Assembly: GCF_035084215.1 (NCBI RefSeq)
Contig: NW_027139242.1
Coordinates: forward strand, 372,001-436,000
Reading direction: 5' to 3'
Length of the DNA: 64,000 nucleotides
DNA from: Heptranchias perlo
Taxonomy: Eukaryota
The notes under the pieces are model-generated. The model did not search any database and was not told the origin of the DNA. It saw nothing but the letters and a program-made list of their open reading frames with translations. The position numbers were made by a program, and so were the translations under genes. Positions 23,145 to 35,906 of this stretch are shown piece by piece; within the stretch, counting starts at the first letter, position 1; each line of letters begins with the position of its first letter.

Positions 23145-26100
23145 TCTTTTAATTCATTCCATCGGGATGTGGGCGTCGCTGGCGAGGCCGGCATTTATTG
23201 CCCATCCCTAATTGCCCTTGAGAAGGTGGTGGTGAGCCGCCTTCTTGAACCGCTGCAGTCCGTGTGGTGACGGTTCTCCCACAGTGCTGTTAGGAAGGGA
23301 GTTCCAGGATTTTGACCCAGTGACGATGAAGGAACGGCGATATATTTCCAAGTTGGGATGGTGTGTGACTTGGAGGGGAACGTGCAGGTGGTGTTGTTCC
23401 CATGTACCTGCTGCTCTTGTCCTTCTAGGTGGTAGAGGTCGCGGGTTTGGGAGGTGCTGTCGAAGAAGCCTTGGCGAGTTGCTGCAGTACACGCTGCAGC
23501 CACTGTGCACCGGTGGTGAAGGGAGTGAATGTTTAGGGTGGTGGATGGGGTGCCAATCAAGCGGGCTGCTTTGTCCTGGATGGCGTCGAGCTTCTTGTGT
23601 TTTGCTGGAGCTGCACTCATCCAGGCAAGTGGAGAGTATCCATCACACTCCTGACTTGTGCCTTGTAGATGGCGGAAAGGCTTTGGGGAGTCAGGAGGTG
23701 AGTCACTCACTGCAGAATACCAGCCTCTGACCTGCTCTCGTAGCCACAGTATTTATGTGGCTGGTCCAGTTAAGTTTCTGCAAGAAAAATAGGGTGGTAA
23801 TAGTAGGGGACTTTAACTTTCCCAACATTGACTGGGACAGCCATAGCATTAGGGGCTTGGATGGAGAGAAATTTGTTGAGTGTATTCAGGAGGAATTTCT
23901 CATTCAGTATGTGGATGGCCCGACTAGAGAGGGGGCAAACTTGACCTCCTCTTGGGAAATAAGGAAGGGCAGGTGACAGAAGTGTTAGTGAGGGATCACT
24001 TTGGGACCAGTGATCATAATTCCATTAGTTTTAAGATAGCTATGGAGAATGATAGGTCTGGCCCAAAAGTTAAAATTCTAAATTGGGGAAAGGCCAATTT
24101 TGATGGTATTAGACAGGAACTTTCAGAAGTTGATTGGGAGAGTCTGTTGGCAGGCAAAGGGATGTCTGGTAAGTGGGAGGCTTTCAAAAGTGTGTTAACC
24201 AGGGTTCAGGGTAAGCACATTCCTTATAAAGTGAAGGGCAAGGCTGGTAGAAGTAGGGAACCTTGGATGACTCGGGAGATTGAGGCACTAGTCAAAAAGA
24301 AGAAGGAGGCATATGACATGCATAGACAGCTGGGATCAAGTGGATCCCTTGAAGAGTATAGAGATTGCCGGAGTAGTTAAGAGAGAAATCAGGAGGGCAA
24401 AAAGGGGACATGAGATTGCTTTGGCAGATAAGGCAAAGGAGAATCCAAAGAGCTTCTACAAATACATAAAGGGCAAAAGAGTAACTAGGGAGAGAGTAGG
24501 GCCTCTTAAGGATCAACAAGGTCATCTGTGTGCGGAACCACAAGAGATGGGTGAGATCCTGAATGAATATTTCACATCGGTATTTACGGTTGAGAAAGGC
24601 ATGGATGTTAGGGAACTTGGGGAAATAAATAGTGATGTCTTGAGGAGTGTACATATTACAGAGAGGGAGGTGCTGGAAGCAAGGTACCTATCAAGGTAGA
24701 TAAATCTCCGGGACCTGATGAAATGTATCCCAGGATGTTATGGGAGGAAATTGCGGGTCCCTTAGCAGAGATTTTTGAATCATCGACAGCTACAGGTGAG
24801 GTGCCTGAAGATTGGAGGGTAGCAAATGTTGTGCCTTTGTTTAAGAAGCGCGGCAGGGAAAAGCCTGGGAACTACAGACCGGTGAGCCTGACATCTGTAG
24901 TGGGTAAGTTATTAGAGGGTATTCTGAGAGACAGGATCTACAGGCATTTGGAGAAGCAGGGACTGATTAGGAACAGTCAGCATGGTTTTGTGAGAGAAAA
25001 ATCATGTCTCACGAATTTGATTGAGTTTTTTGAAGGGGTAACCAAGAAGATAGATGAGGGCTGTGCAGTAGACGTGGTCTACATGGACTTTAGCAAAGCC
25101 TTTGACAAGGTACCGCATGGTAGGTTGTTATATAAGGTTAAATCTCACGGGATCCAAGGTGAGGTAGCCAATTGGATACAAAATTGGCTTGACGACAGAA
25201 GACAGAGGGTGGTTGTAGAGGGTTGTTTTTCAAACAGGAGGCCTGTGACCAGCGGTGTGCCTCAGGGATCGGTGCTGGGTCCGCTGTTATTTGTTATTTA
25301 TATTAATGATTTGGATGAGAATTTAGGAGGAATGGTTAGTAAGTTTGCAGATGACACCAAGATTGGTGGCATTGTGGACAGTGAAGAAGGTTATCTCGGA
25401 TTGCAACGGGATCTTGATAAATTGGGCCAGTGGGCCGATGAATGGCAGATGGAGTTTAATTTAGATAAATGTGAGGTGATGCATTTTGGTAGATCGAATC
25501 GGGCCAGGACCTACTCCGTTAATGGTAGGGCGTTGGGGAGAGTTATAGAACAAAGAGATCTAGGAGTACAGGTTCATAGCTCCTTGAAAGTGGAGTCACA
25601 GGTGGATAGGGTGGTGAAGAAGGCATTCGGCATGCTTGGTTTCATTGGTCAGAACGTTGAATACAGGAGTTGGGATGTCTTGATGAAGTTGTACAGGACA
25701 TTGGTAAGGCCACACTTGGAATACTGTGTACAGTTCTGGTCACCCTATTATAGAAAGGATATTATTAAACTAGAAAGAGTGCAGAAAAGATTTACTAGGA
25801 TGCTACCGGGACTTGATGGTTTGACTTATAGGGAGAGGTTAGATAGACTGGGACTTTTTTCCCTGGAGAGTAGGAGGTTAAGGGGTGATCTTATAGAAGT
25901 CTATAAAATAATGAGGGGCATAGATAAGGTAGATAGTCAAAATCTTTTCCCAAAGGTAGGGGAGTCTATAACGAGGGGGCATAGATTTAAGGTGAGAGGG
26001 GAGAGATACAAAAGGGTCCAGAGGGGCAATTTTTTCACTCAAAGGGTGGTGACTGTCTGGAACGAGCTGCCAGAGGCAGTAGTAGAGGCGGGTACAATTT

Positions 26101-26790
26101 TGTCTTTTAAAAAGCATTTGGACAGTTACATGGGTAAGATGGGTATAGAGGGATATGGGCCAAGTGCAGGCAATTGGGACTAGCTTAGTGGTATAAACTG
26201 GACGACATGGACATGTTGGGCCGAAGGGCCTGTTTCCATGTTGTAAACTTCTATGACTCTAATGGTGACCCCCAGGATGTTGATGGTGGGGGATTTGGCG
26301 ATGGTAATGCCGTTGAATGTCAAGGGGAGGTGGTTAGATTCTCTCTTGTTGGAGATGGTCATTGCCTGGCACTTGTCTGGCATGAATGTTACTTGCCACT
26401 TATGAGCCCAAGCCTGGATGTTGTCCAGGTCTTGCTGCATGCGGGCACGGACTGCTTCATTATTTGAGGGGTTGTGAATGGAACTGAACACTGTGCAATC
26501 ATCAGCGAACATCCCCATTTCTGACCTTATGATGGAAGGAAGGTCATTGATGAAGCAGCTGAAGATGGTTGGGCCTGTGACACTGCCCTGAAGAACTCCT
26601 GCAGCAATGTCCTGGGGCTGAGATGATTGGCCTCCAACAACCACTACCATCTTCCTTTGTGCTAGGTATGACTCCAGCCACTGGAGAGTTTTCCCCGATT
26701 CCCATTGACTTCAATTTTACTCGTGCTCCTTGGTGTCACACTCGGTCAAATGCTGCCTTGATGTCAAGGGCAGTCACTCTCACCAAGGCT
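23145..26790 (-). mobile_element. LINE family B split by a CR1 (23145-23780 and 26261-26790)
   Basis: Sequence stops at GTTAAGTTTCTG and resumes at AATGGTGACCCCC, which are nearly contiguous in the 13441 copy; IFSCFINDLP/FADD in the right part. Confidence 0.85.
23781..26260 (+). mobile_element. Young CR1 LINE with EN C-terminus and an uninterrupted 486-aa RT ORF (24723-26183)
   Basis: VIVGDFNFPNIDW, SDHN (APE domain); SKFADDTK; CTATGACT tail; frameshifts upstream of 24723. Confidence 0.93.
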
Positions 26791-26840
26791 GTAATGAGGT
26801 CTGGACCTCTTGTGTCTCCGCGCCCTAGCCTAGCCTGTAC

Positions 26841-26950
26841 CTTAAACGCTGGTCCAGGCGTCCTGTCCACGTGAGGAGTTTCTGAGCTGTCCACACGGAA
26901 TGGAGTACCTTCGATTTCACCCCACGTCATCAATGGGGACTCGTGCACAC
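26841..26950 (-). CDS. ESS2: ESS2 exon 8
   Basis: VHESPLMTWGEIEGTPFRVDSSETPHVDRTPGPAFK; 110 nt. Confidence 0.95.
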
Positions 26951-27244
26951 CTGCAAGGAAACAAGCTCCTGTCAATAACCTTGGGACTGATCCCAGGATA
27001 CAAACCACTTCTACAAGTAGTTTAGATCAGGAGTACATTTTCAAAAAGGTAACCAGAGGTTGTAAGCTTAACATTCAACCAATGGTTGGTCACCATAACC
27101 ATGGACAACACTATCACGCGCACAAGTCCCGCTGGTCTACGGTCCGGCGGGCGCCGAGTCCCGCTGGCCTACGGTCCGGCGGGCGCCGAGTCCCGCTGGC
27201 CTACGGTCCGGCGGGTATAGGGTCCTTCTAGGGTACAGTCCTAT

Positions 27245-28310
27245 GGGTACTGACGATACCACCTTCCACACCAGTGCTTCCAATATTTCTTCCTTTTTCC
27301 TCAACCGAGGATTCCCCTCCACTGTAGCGCCCTCAATCTTGTCTGTCTCATTTCCCGCACATCTGCTCTCACCCATTCCTCTCCCTCCCAGAACCACGAT
27401 ACAGTCCTCCTTGTCCTCACCAGCCTCCACATTCAACATATCATCCTCCGCCATTTCCAGCATGGTCCCACCACCAAACACATCTTCCTCTTCCCTCCCC
27501 TTTCAGCATTCCGAAGGGACCGTTCCCTCCGCGACACCCTGATCCACTCTTCCATCACCCCCATCACCCACTCTCCTCCCCACAGCATCTTCCCGTGCGA
27601 GCGCAGGAGATGCAACACCTGCCCCTTTACCTCCTCCCTTCCCACCGTCCAGGGCCCCAAACACTCCTTCCAGGGAAACAGGGGTTTATTTGTACTTCTT
27701 TCAATTCAGTGTACTGTATTCGCTGCTCACGATGCGGTCTCCTCTATAATGGGGAGACCAAACGGAGATTGGGTGATCACTTTGCTGAACACCTTCGCTC
27801 TGTCCGCAAACGTGACCCTGACCTGCCAGTCACTTGCCATTTTAATTCCCACTCCCACTCCGACCTCGGCCTCTTACGCTGTTCCAATGAAGCTCGGCGG
27901 AAGCTCGAGGAACAGCACCTCGTCTTTCGATTAGGCACTTTACAACCTTCCGGACTCAACACTGATTTCAATAACTTCAGATCAGAACCACAGCTCCCAT
28001 TTTTTCGGACAGCAGGAGCTGGTAATGTTTCTGCTGCCGCCATTTACAGCTCCTCCTGATCAATCTTTTATTTTTTAACCTGTCCCATTCCCACCCTCCT
28101 TGCTTTGCACCATCATCCCTTTTATCATTTAATCACTCCTGCCCTCCACCCTATCACAGGCCTTCCCTTTTGTTCCTTCCTCCCCTCCCTCCCCTCTGGC
28201 TCTGTACTTACTCAAAAACTTTAATTCTATTAACATCTTCCCGTTCTAACTCTGTTTCTTTCTCCAGATGCTGCCTCACTTGCTGAGCTTCTCCAGTATT
28301 TTCTGTTTTT
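27245..28310 (+). mobile_element. Penelope-like element family 2, 3' part
   Basis: GIY-YIG VYCIRCSRCGLLYNGETKRRLGDHFAEH...QPSGLN; 3'UTR matches 55603-55830. Confidence 0.85.
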
Positions 28311-28374
28311 AGTACAGTCCGACGGGTAACGAGTCCTGTTGGCATATAGTTCGAAGTTGTGTGTTGCTCTCCTG

Positions 28375-29330
28375 AACACGCTGAGTCTCACTCAGAAGGT
28401 CAAGGGCGCACTGTGAGAGAGGGAGCACAGGTGGTGGGGGGGGGGGGGGCACGGTGCTGTCGAAGGGGCAGCACAGGGTGGGGGGGGGGTCACGGTGCTG
28501 TCGGAGGGGCAGTACGGGGGGGGGGGGGGGCACGGTGCTGTCGAAGGGGCAGTACGGGGGGGGGGGGGGGCACGGTGCTGTCGGAGGGGCAGTACGGGGG
28601 GGGGGGGCACGGTGCTGTCGGAGGGGCAGTACGGGGGGGGGGGCACGGTGCTGTCGGAGGGGCAGTACGGGGGGGGGGGGCACGGTGCTGTCGAAGGGGC
28701 AGTACGGGGGGGGGGGGGGGGGGGCACGGTGCTGTCGGAGGGGCAGTACGGGGGGGGGGGGGGGGCCCGGTGCTGTCGAAGGGGCAGCACAGGGTAGGGG
28801 GGGGGGGGCACGGTGCTGTCGAAGGGGCAGCACAGGGTGGGGGGGGGGGGGGGGGGAAAAGAGGTGCCGTCGGAGGGGCAGTACGGGGGGGGGGGGGCTC
28901 GGTGCTGTCGGAGGGACAGTACGGGGGGGGGGGGGGGAAGGTGCCGTCGGAGGGGCAGTACAGGGGGGGGGGGGGGGGGGACCGTGCTGTCGGAGGGGCA
29001 GTACAGGGGGGGGGGGGGGGGGGGGGAGAGGTGCCGTCGGAGGGGCAGTACGGTGGTGGGGGGGGGGGGGGGGGGGAGAGGTGCCGTCGGAGGGGCAGTA
29101 TGGTGGGGGCGGGGGGGGGGGGGACCGTGCTGTCGGGGGGGCAGTACGGTGGGGGCGGGGGACCGTGCTGTCGGGGGGGCAGGGCTGCCCTCTCAGGTGG
29201 ATGTGAGAGAGTGTGTGGCACTGTATGAAGAGCAGGGAGTGTCTCGGTGTCCTGCTGTTCGTGGGATCTTGTGTACATAACAACAGTGAAGTGTCCGGGG
29301 ACATCTTATCAAAATTGAAGAGATGCTAAG
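28375..29330 (+). mobile_element. Degenerate Deu-domain SINE with an internal G-rich minisatellite (about 28440-29180)
   Basis: Flanks match the 41467 SINE (TCAGAAGGTC; TGCCCTCTCAGGTGGA; GAAGAGCAG); unit GGTGCTGTCGGAGGGGCAGTAC(G)n. Confidence 0.7.
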
Positions 29331-29395
29331 AATGTCAGCGTGAGGTGAACACGGAGTGACCAACAGCAGCACTGCTCCCCTCAGCTAGTTGTTAC

Positions 29396-29498
29396 CTGGA
29401 GCAGGTGAAGGAGTCCCCACGAACCCATAGCCATTCACTTTGGGTGACTCCTGCGGGATCAGCTCCTTCCCATCAGGCCCCACTTTGCCCTGCTTAAA
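29396..29498 (-). CDS. ESS2: ESS2 exon 7
   Basis: FKQGKVGPDGKELIPQESPKVNGYGFVGTPSPAP; 103 nt. Confidence 0.95.
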
Positions 29499-29689
29499 CT
29501 TGAAAACAAAAGTCAGGGTCAGTCAGTGAGCACGGAGAATTCCAGTCCAAGCAATCTCCGGGACACAGAGCACTCGTCTGCTGAACATGTCATTGTTCAT
29601 TACAGCCACACGTCACGGAGGGCATGGTTCAGGTGCAGAGTAGACATATTACCACGAGGGGGAAAGGAGGGGCATCCAAAGCTGGAGCT

Positions 29690-31697
29690 CCCTGGATGAC
29701 TAAAGATACAGATTAACATGGAACAGAAAAAGGGGGCTCATGGTGAATGTAAGGTTCATAATACAGTAGAGAATCAGGCTGAAAACAGAAAGTACAGAGG
29801 AGATCGAATAAAGGGAATAAGAAGGGCAAAGAGAGAATCTGAGAATAGATTAGTGGCGAATAGAAAAGTAAACAATGTGGAGGATAGTAACAGATTTCAG
29901 GAGGACACAGACAGACTGGTGAAATGGGGCAGATCAAATTTAAAGCAGAGAAGTGTGAAGTGATGCATTTTGGTAGGAAGAATGAGGAGAGGCAATTTAA
30001 ACTAAATGGTACAATTTTAAAGGGGGTGCAGGAACAGAGAGACCTGGGGGTTTATGTACACAAATCATTGAAGGTGGCAGGACAAGTTGAGAAGGTGTTA
30101 AAAAAGCATTTGGGATCCTGGGCTTTATTAATAGAGGCATAGAGTACAAAAGCAAGGAAGTTATGCGAGGAGAGGGGGAGCCCGGGCCCTGAAACGCCCT
30201 GCAGTTCTACTGTGCCATGTTGAAATGTTTTGTGTAAATGCCCCAGCCCAGGGGGCCTGCAGTGTGTGGGGTGTGTTTCGGGGGGGGGGCCCTGCAGTGT
30301 GTGGGGTGTGTTTCGGGGGGGGGGCCCTGCAGTGTGTGGGGTGTGTTTCGGGGGGGGGCCCTGCAGTGTGTGGGGTGTGTTTCGGGGGGGGGGGGGGGCC
30401 CTGCAGTGTGTGGGGTGTGTTTCGGGGGGGGGGGGGGGCCCTGCAGTGTGTGGGGTGTGTTTCGGGGGGGGGGGCCCTGCAGTGTGTGGGGTGTGTTTCG
30501 GGGGGGGGGGGGCCCTACAGTGTGTGGGGTGTGTTTCGGGGGGGGGGGCCCTGCAGTGTGTGGGGTGTGTTTCGGGGGGGGGGGGGGCCCTGCAGTGTGT
30601 GGGGTGTGTTTCGGGGGGGGGGCCCTGCAGTGTGTGGGGTGTGTTTCGGGGGGGGGGGCCCTGCAGTGTGTGGGGTGTGTTTCGGGGGGGGGGGGGGCCC
30701 TGCAGTGTGTGGGGTGTGTTTCGGGGGGGGGGGGGGCCCTACAGTGTGTGGGGTGTGTTTCGGGGGGGGGGGGGGCCCTACAGTGTGTGGGGTGTGTTTC
30801 GGGGGGGGGGGGGGGCCCTGCAGTGTGTGGGGTGTGTTTCGGGGGGGGGGGGGGGCCCTGCAGTGTGTGGGGTGTGTTTCGGGGGGGGGGGGGGCCCTGC
30901 AGTGTGTGGGGTGTGTTTCGGGGGGGGGGGGGCCTGCAGTGTGTGGGGTGTGTTTCGGGGGGGGGGGGGGGCCCTGCAGTGTGTGGGGTGTGTTTCGGGG
31001 GGGGGGGCCCTGCAGTGTGTGGGGTGTGTTTCGGGGGGGGGGGCCCTGCAGTGTGTGGGGTGTGTTTCGGGGGGGGGGGGGGGCCCTGCAGTGTGTGGGG
31101 TGTGTTTCGGGGGGGGGGGGGCCTGCAGTGTGTGGGGTGTGTTTCGGGGGGGGGGGGGGGCCCTGCAGTGTGTGGGGTGTGTTTCGGGGGGGGGGGGGGC
31201 CCTGCAGTGTGTGGGGTGTGTTTCGGGGGGGGGGGGGGGCCCTGCAGTGTGTGGGGTGTGTTTCGGGGGGGGGGGGGGCCTGCAGTGTGTGGGGTGTGTT
31301 TCGGGGGGGGGGGGGGGCCCTACAGTGTGTGGGGTGTGTTTCGGGGGGGGGGCCCTACAGTGTGTGGGGTGTGTTTCGGGGGGGGGCCCTACAGTGTGTG
31401 GGGTGTGTTTCGGGGGGGGGCCCTGCAGTGTGTGGGGTGTTTGAACCAAAGGTGACATGAGGAAAATCTTTTTCACACAGCGAGTGGTTAGGATCTGGAA
31501 TGCACGGCCCGAGGGGGTGGTGGAGGCAGATTCAATCGTGGTCTTCAAAAGGGAACTGGATAAGTACTTGAAAGGAAAAATTTGCAGGGCTACGGGGAAA
31601 GGGTGGGACTCGCTGGATTGCCCTTGCACAGAGCCGGCACGGAATCGATGGGCCGAAAGGCTCCTCTGTGCTGTAAGCTTTCTGTGATTGTATTCTA
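29690..31697 (+). mobile_element. CR1 fragments (29690-30165 and 31445-31697) flanking a minisatellite
   Basis: KCEVMHFGRKN and FFTQRVVRIWNA; CR1 tail near 31690. Confidence 0.8.
30252..31441. repeat. Minisatellite CCCTRCAGTGTGTGGGGTGTGTTTC(G)8-15
   Basis: About 30 tandem units with variable poly-G length. Confidence 0.96.
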
Positions 31698-31728
31698 TGT
31701 TTGGGTGGGCGGTGCCTGCTCTCTGTAC

Positions 31729-31859
31729 CTGTGCGTTGAGAGCTGCCGCTTGCTGCAGCTGTGACTTGCTCAGGGCTCGGCTGAACGGATCACCCTGGAA
31801 ACGGGTGTTTTTGTGAACCACTTCGCGAGGTTTCTTGAAGAGCTCATCGTCCGTCACCC
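31729..31859 (-). CDS. ESS2: ESS2 exon 6
   Basis: GVTDDELFKKPREVVHKNTRFQGDPFSRALSKSQLQQAAALNAQ; 131 nt. Confidence 0.95.
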
Positions 31860-33450
31860 CTGCAAACAAAGAGTGAAACTCACAGCAACTGTCAGGCAGC
31901 AAAACGGAAACCAGCTCCTACTCCCTGGGCTGAGGAGCAGGGAGAGGGCCCTTCACTGAGCACCTCGGGCAGCTCCGGTGGGGCTCTGGGGAGTGGACCA
32001 CAGGGTATACCCAGCTATCTAATCCCAGCAATTCAGCCCTCAGGGAACTCCATTCTATCCCTCACTTCAAAGGAAAAATTTTCAGGGCTACGGGGATAGG
32101 GCGGGGGAGTGGGACTAGCTGGATTGCTCTTGCACAGACTCGATGGGCTGAATGGCCTCCTTTCGTGCTGTAACCTTTCTAAGATTCTAATAGCAGCTGG
32201 AAGCAAGGCTCAGTTTGAAATGGTCACTCTCCACTGAGAGAAAAGGCCTCAGGTGATGCAGCATGGGCTGGGTAATAGTTTGAGGCCTGAGGTAACTATG
32301 GAAACACTCCTCATACACCACTGTTCACCCTACAGTGTGACAGTCAGTCACTGTGTGACAGTCACAGTTCCAACAACAGCCAGTCTCCAGCCTGAGCTGG
32401 AAGATCATGTCCCTCCTGCCCATCGGCCCTTTCCTGTCACCACCCCCCCCACTCCTCCTCACCCCACCCCCCTCACCCCTGTGAGTGCAGCTTATTTTCA
32501 GAGAGATAGATAGATCCATCGATCCTGTGGAGACTTCCCTCCCACCATTCTGGGCTACATTCAAACCCACGACCCCCGGTGGAAGGTCAGTTTATTAATG
32601 TCCCTCACCACCCAGTTCCACGGTTAGGTCACCGACCACATGAAATCTGAGAACCTCCTGCAGAAGTCAAGTGACCTGTGCACAGACACCCAGGCAGGGA
32701 TGTGAGCAGGAGGAGGTCAGCACTGAATCTGGGTCCCTCTCACAGGGGCACATTCACAGCTTTCACATCAATCTGTTGCTGTTTCCAGGTAAACCATCAG
32801 CCCAGGGAAATGTTTGGTCAGTGGGGAAGGGTCTTGCTGTTCTTCAGGCACTAACTCCAAGTGTTCACACATTCCTTCCTTCAAGTGTCACCTTGTATCG
32901 GAGTCAGACTGCCACATGTGTGAGCCTCTGCCAGTGCTGCTGCTGTCTCCTGCCCATCGTCCTGCTCCTATCTCTTGGCTCTTTCCTCTGTGGCCCAAAT
33001 ACTCAAGGTCTATTCCTTCACCTCAGTTAGTGTATTACCCCCGACCCCGCCAACACTTCCCTCCTCTTCGACCCCACAGGGTACCGGTGGTCAGGGGCCC
33101 CTGGTACAGTGCCCGGTGACCAGTGTACCAGCAGTGTCGTGCATTGGCAGGGAGTTCAACCAAACAAGACACCGGAGCCAAGCCGGAACCCCTCTCACCA
33201 AATGTCCAAATCAGCAGGAATCACCGGACAGCGATCCAGAGACAGAACTCTGGCTGACTGTCCCCACTGGGCTGAGGCCCTGTGTCGTGTCCCCTCTCCT
33301 GCTCCAGCTGACAGCACAAACGGGGGATTGTACCCGTGCTGCTCGTTCTGTATGACTCAGTGAGTGGCAACGCCCAGACAGGGTCCAGACCGGGCAGGGC
33401 CCGGGCCCAGACAGCTTGCACGACAGAGTCTCAACGAGTCTGCTCCTTAC

Positions 33451-33568
33451 CTTCTGGGTAATACATCAGAACGTTCTTGGCTTTATACTCCCAGGTTTCT
33501 ACTCCTGCTTTTCCGCCCTTGATGGCCTGGTCTTCAGGGGACAGCAATGCCAGCATCGCCTCACGGTG
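33451..33568 (-). CDS. ESS2: ESS2 exon 5
   Basis: HREAMLALLSPEDQAIKGGKAGVETWEYKAKNVLMYYPE; 118 nt; ttccag/gtaagg. Confidence 0.93.
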
Positions 33569-33911
33569 CTGGAACGAGAGACAATGTCACCAATACAGTG
33601 AGGGTAGAGGCCCTGTACGCAGCCGCCTGTACGCTGTCACTCGGAGGGAGAGAGATTAGTGATTTATGTGAGGTACCTGTTCCTACACGAGGCCCACAGC
33701 AAAAAGATCTCCTCTCCCCATATCCATGGGCCGGGGCGGGGGGTGGTGGAGATTGAAATCAAGATATCTGTTGATAAAGGGGCATCTCACCCCCACCACC
33801 ATGCAATGATTTAATACGAGGGAGAATATATGTCAAAGACACTCATTAATGCTCACAGTTATTTACACATTTATACACATTAATATACAGACGGCAGGGA
33901 GGAGGCTGTAC

Positions 33912-34081
33912 CTGTTTCGACTCTTCCTCTGCCTCATACAGCCAGCCGTGTTTAATCTTGTTCCTCTCTTCAGCGAGTTCCATGATCTGATTAAAGGAGG
34001 TGTTGTCCTCACTGGTGCTTCTCCCCAAGAAGGTGTCCAGAGTGGGCAATTCCTTCTCTTCCTTCCTCCCATTCCTCTCTC
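33912..34081 (-). CDS. ESS2: ESS2 exon 4
   Basis: EEKELPTLDTFLGRSTSEDNTSFNQIMELAEERNKIKHGWLYEAEEESKQ; 170 nt. Confidence 0.95.
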
Positions 34082-34125
34082 CTGGAGAAACACAGAGACA
34101 CCCTCACACTCAGTAAGGTAGAGGA

Positions 34126-35077
34126 GTGCCCGTTACTGCACCGTGCTCCCTTTACTGCACCGTGTTACTGCACCATGTTACTGCACCATGCTCCCGTTAC
34201 TGCACCATGTTACTGCACCATGCTCCCGTTACTGCACCATGTTACTGCACCATGCTCCCGTTACTGCACCATGTTACTGCACCATGCTCCCGTTACTGCA
34301 CCATGTTACTGCACCATGTTACTGCACCATGTTACTGCACCATGTTACTGCACCATGTTACTGCACCATGTTACTGCACCATGTTACTGCACCATGTTAC
34401 TGCACCATGTTACTGCACCATGCTCCCTTTACTGCACCATGTTACTGCACCATGCTCCCTTTACTGCACCATGTTACTGCACCATGTTACTGCACCGTGC
34501 TCCCTTTACTGCACCATGTTACTGCACCATGCTCCCTTTACTGCACCATGTTACTGCACCATGTTACTGCACCATGTTACTGCACCATGTTACTGCACCA
34601 TGCTCCCTTTACTGCACCATGTTACTGCACCATGTTACTGCACCATGCTCCCGTTACTGCACCATGTTACTGCACCATGTTACTGCACCATGTTACTGCA
34701 CCATGCTCCCTTTACTGCACCATGTTACTGCACCATGCTCCCTTTACTGCACCATGTTACTGCACCGTGCTCCCTTTACTGCACCATGTTACTGCACCAT
34801 GCTCCCTTTACTGCACCATGTTACTGCACCATGTTACTGCACCATGTTACTGCACCATGTTACTGCACCATGTTACTGCACCATGTTACTGCACCATGTT
34901 ACTGCACCATGCTCCCTTTACTGCACCATGTTACTGCACCATGTTACTGCACCGTGCTCCCTTTACTGCACCATGTTACTGCACCATGCTCCCTTTACTG
35001 CACCATGTTACTGCACCATGTTACTGCACCATGCTCCCTTTACTGCACCATGTTACTGCACCATGCTCCCTTTACTG
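34126..35077. repeat. Minisatellite of interleaved 13-bp (GTTACTGCACCAT) and 19-bp (GCTCCCKTTACTGCACCAT) units
   Basis: Fills almost all of ESS2 intron 3. Confidence 0.96.
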
Positions 35078-35147
35078 CTGCCCAGCACAAGCATTAGAAC
35101 CGTTTCTACTTATCAGAGAGAGATGTACTTTACATCACTAAAATCAC

Positions 35148-35246
35148 CTCCATCAGCCGGCAGACGTCCACTTTGCCCAGCTTTACTCTGTGAAGACGGA
35201 GACCCTGGAAGAACCTCTGGTGTTTCAAAAGTAGCCGGTGTGAGAT
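35148..35246 (-). CDS. ESS2: ESS2 exon 3
   Basis: YLTPATFETPEVLPGSPSSQSKAGQSGRLPADG; 99 nt; phase 1/1. Confidence 0.9.
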
Positions 35247-35668
35247 CTGTAAGAGACCAGAATTACAGTCAGAGTCAAAACATCAGCGCCCTCACCCCCA
35301 GGTCAGCGCCCTCACCCCCAGAGACCCCCGGGTCAGCGCCCTCACCCCCAGAGACCCCCGGGTCAGCGCCCTCACCTGTGCCCTGCTGGTGTTGCCTTCA
35401 GCTGAGCCTATTTAGAAAGCGGGATACACCTGCACAGGGCCTGCAGATGAACGTCAATGCCCATTTTGAAGTCCTTACTTTTCTATTTTTATTCTGAATT
35501 TCTATGTCCCCATTTATAATAGCACTGTCTATGTAAACTTGTCACCCTCCAACCAGTAGGGGCCTGGGACGCCCAACATTGCTGGAAGCAGAATCCAGTC
35601 ACTTTTAAAAGGGAAGTGGATAAATATTTGCTGCGATTGAGCAAGTAATTGAGAGGAGAAGCACTTAC

Positions 35669-35837
35669 AAGGAGCAGGGGTCCCCGAGCTTGGTTTACCG
35701 AGTGAAGAACCATACTTTATGGTTATTTCTCGCATCTTTTCCATGTCACCACTCTCTTCAGCCTCCAAATACTCTCGCTGAGCACGTAACTTCTCCACAT
35801 CAGGGAAAAAATCCCGCTGGATAATTTTCTCCAAATT
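35669..35837 (-). CDS. ESS2: ESS2 exon 2
   Basis: NLEKIIQRDFFPDVEKLRAQREYLEAEESGDMEKMREITIKYGSSLGK; 169 nt. Confidence 0.96.
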
Positions 35838-35906
35838 CTATTGAAAAAAAACACTGACATTCAGCAGTTGTACAGCAAAAGGAAAGATAACACAGGACAC
35901 AAGTCA

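Noticed and set aside
30225-31460. Cys/Gly-rich keratin-associated-like ORFs
   Set aside because: Minisatellite with variable poly-G inside an ESS2 intron; run lengths may also be sequencing noise.
34126-35497. His/Cys-rich metal-binding-like ORFs
   Set aside because: Open in all three plus frames of a tandem repeat, antisense to ESS2.
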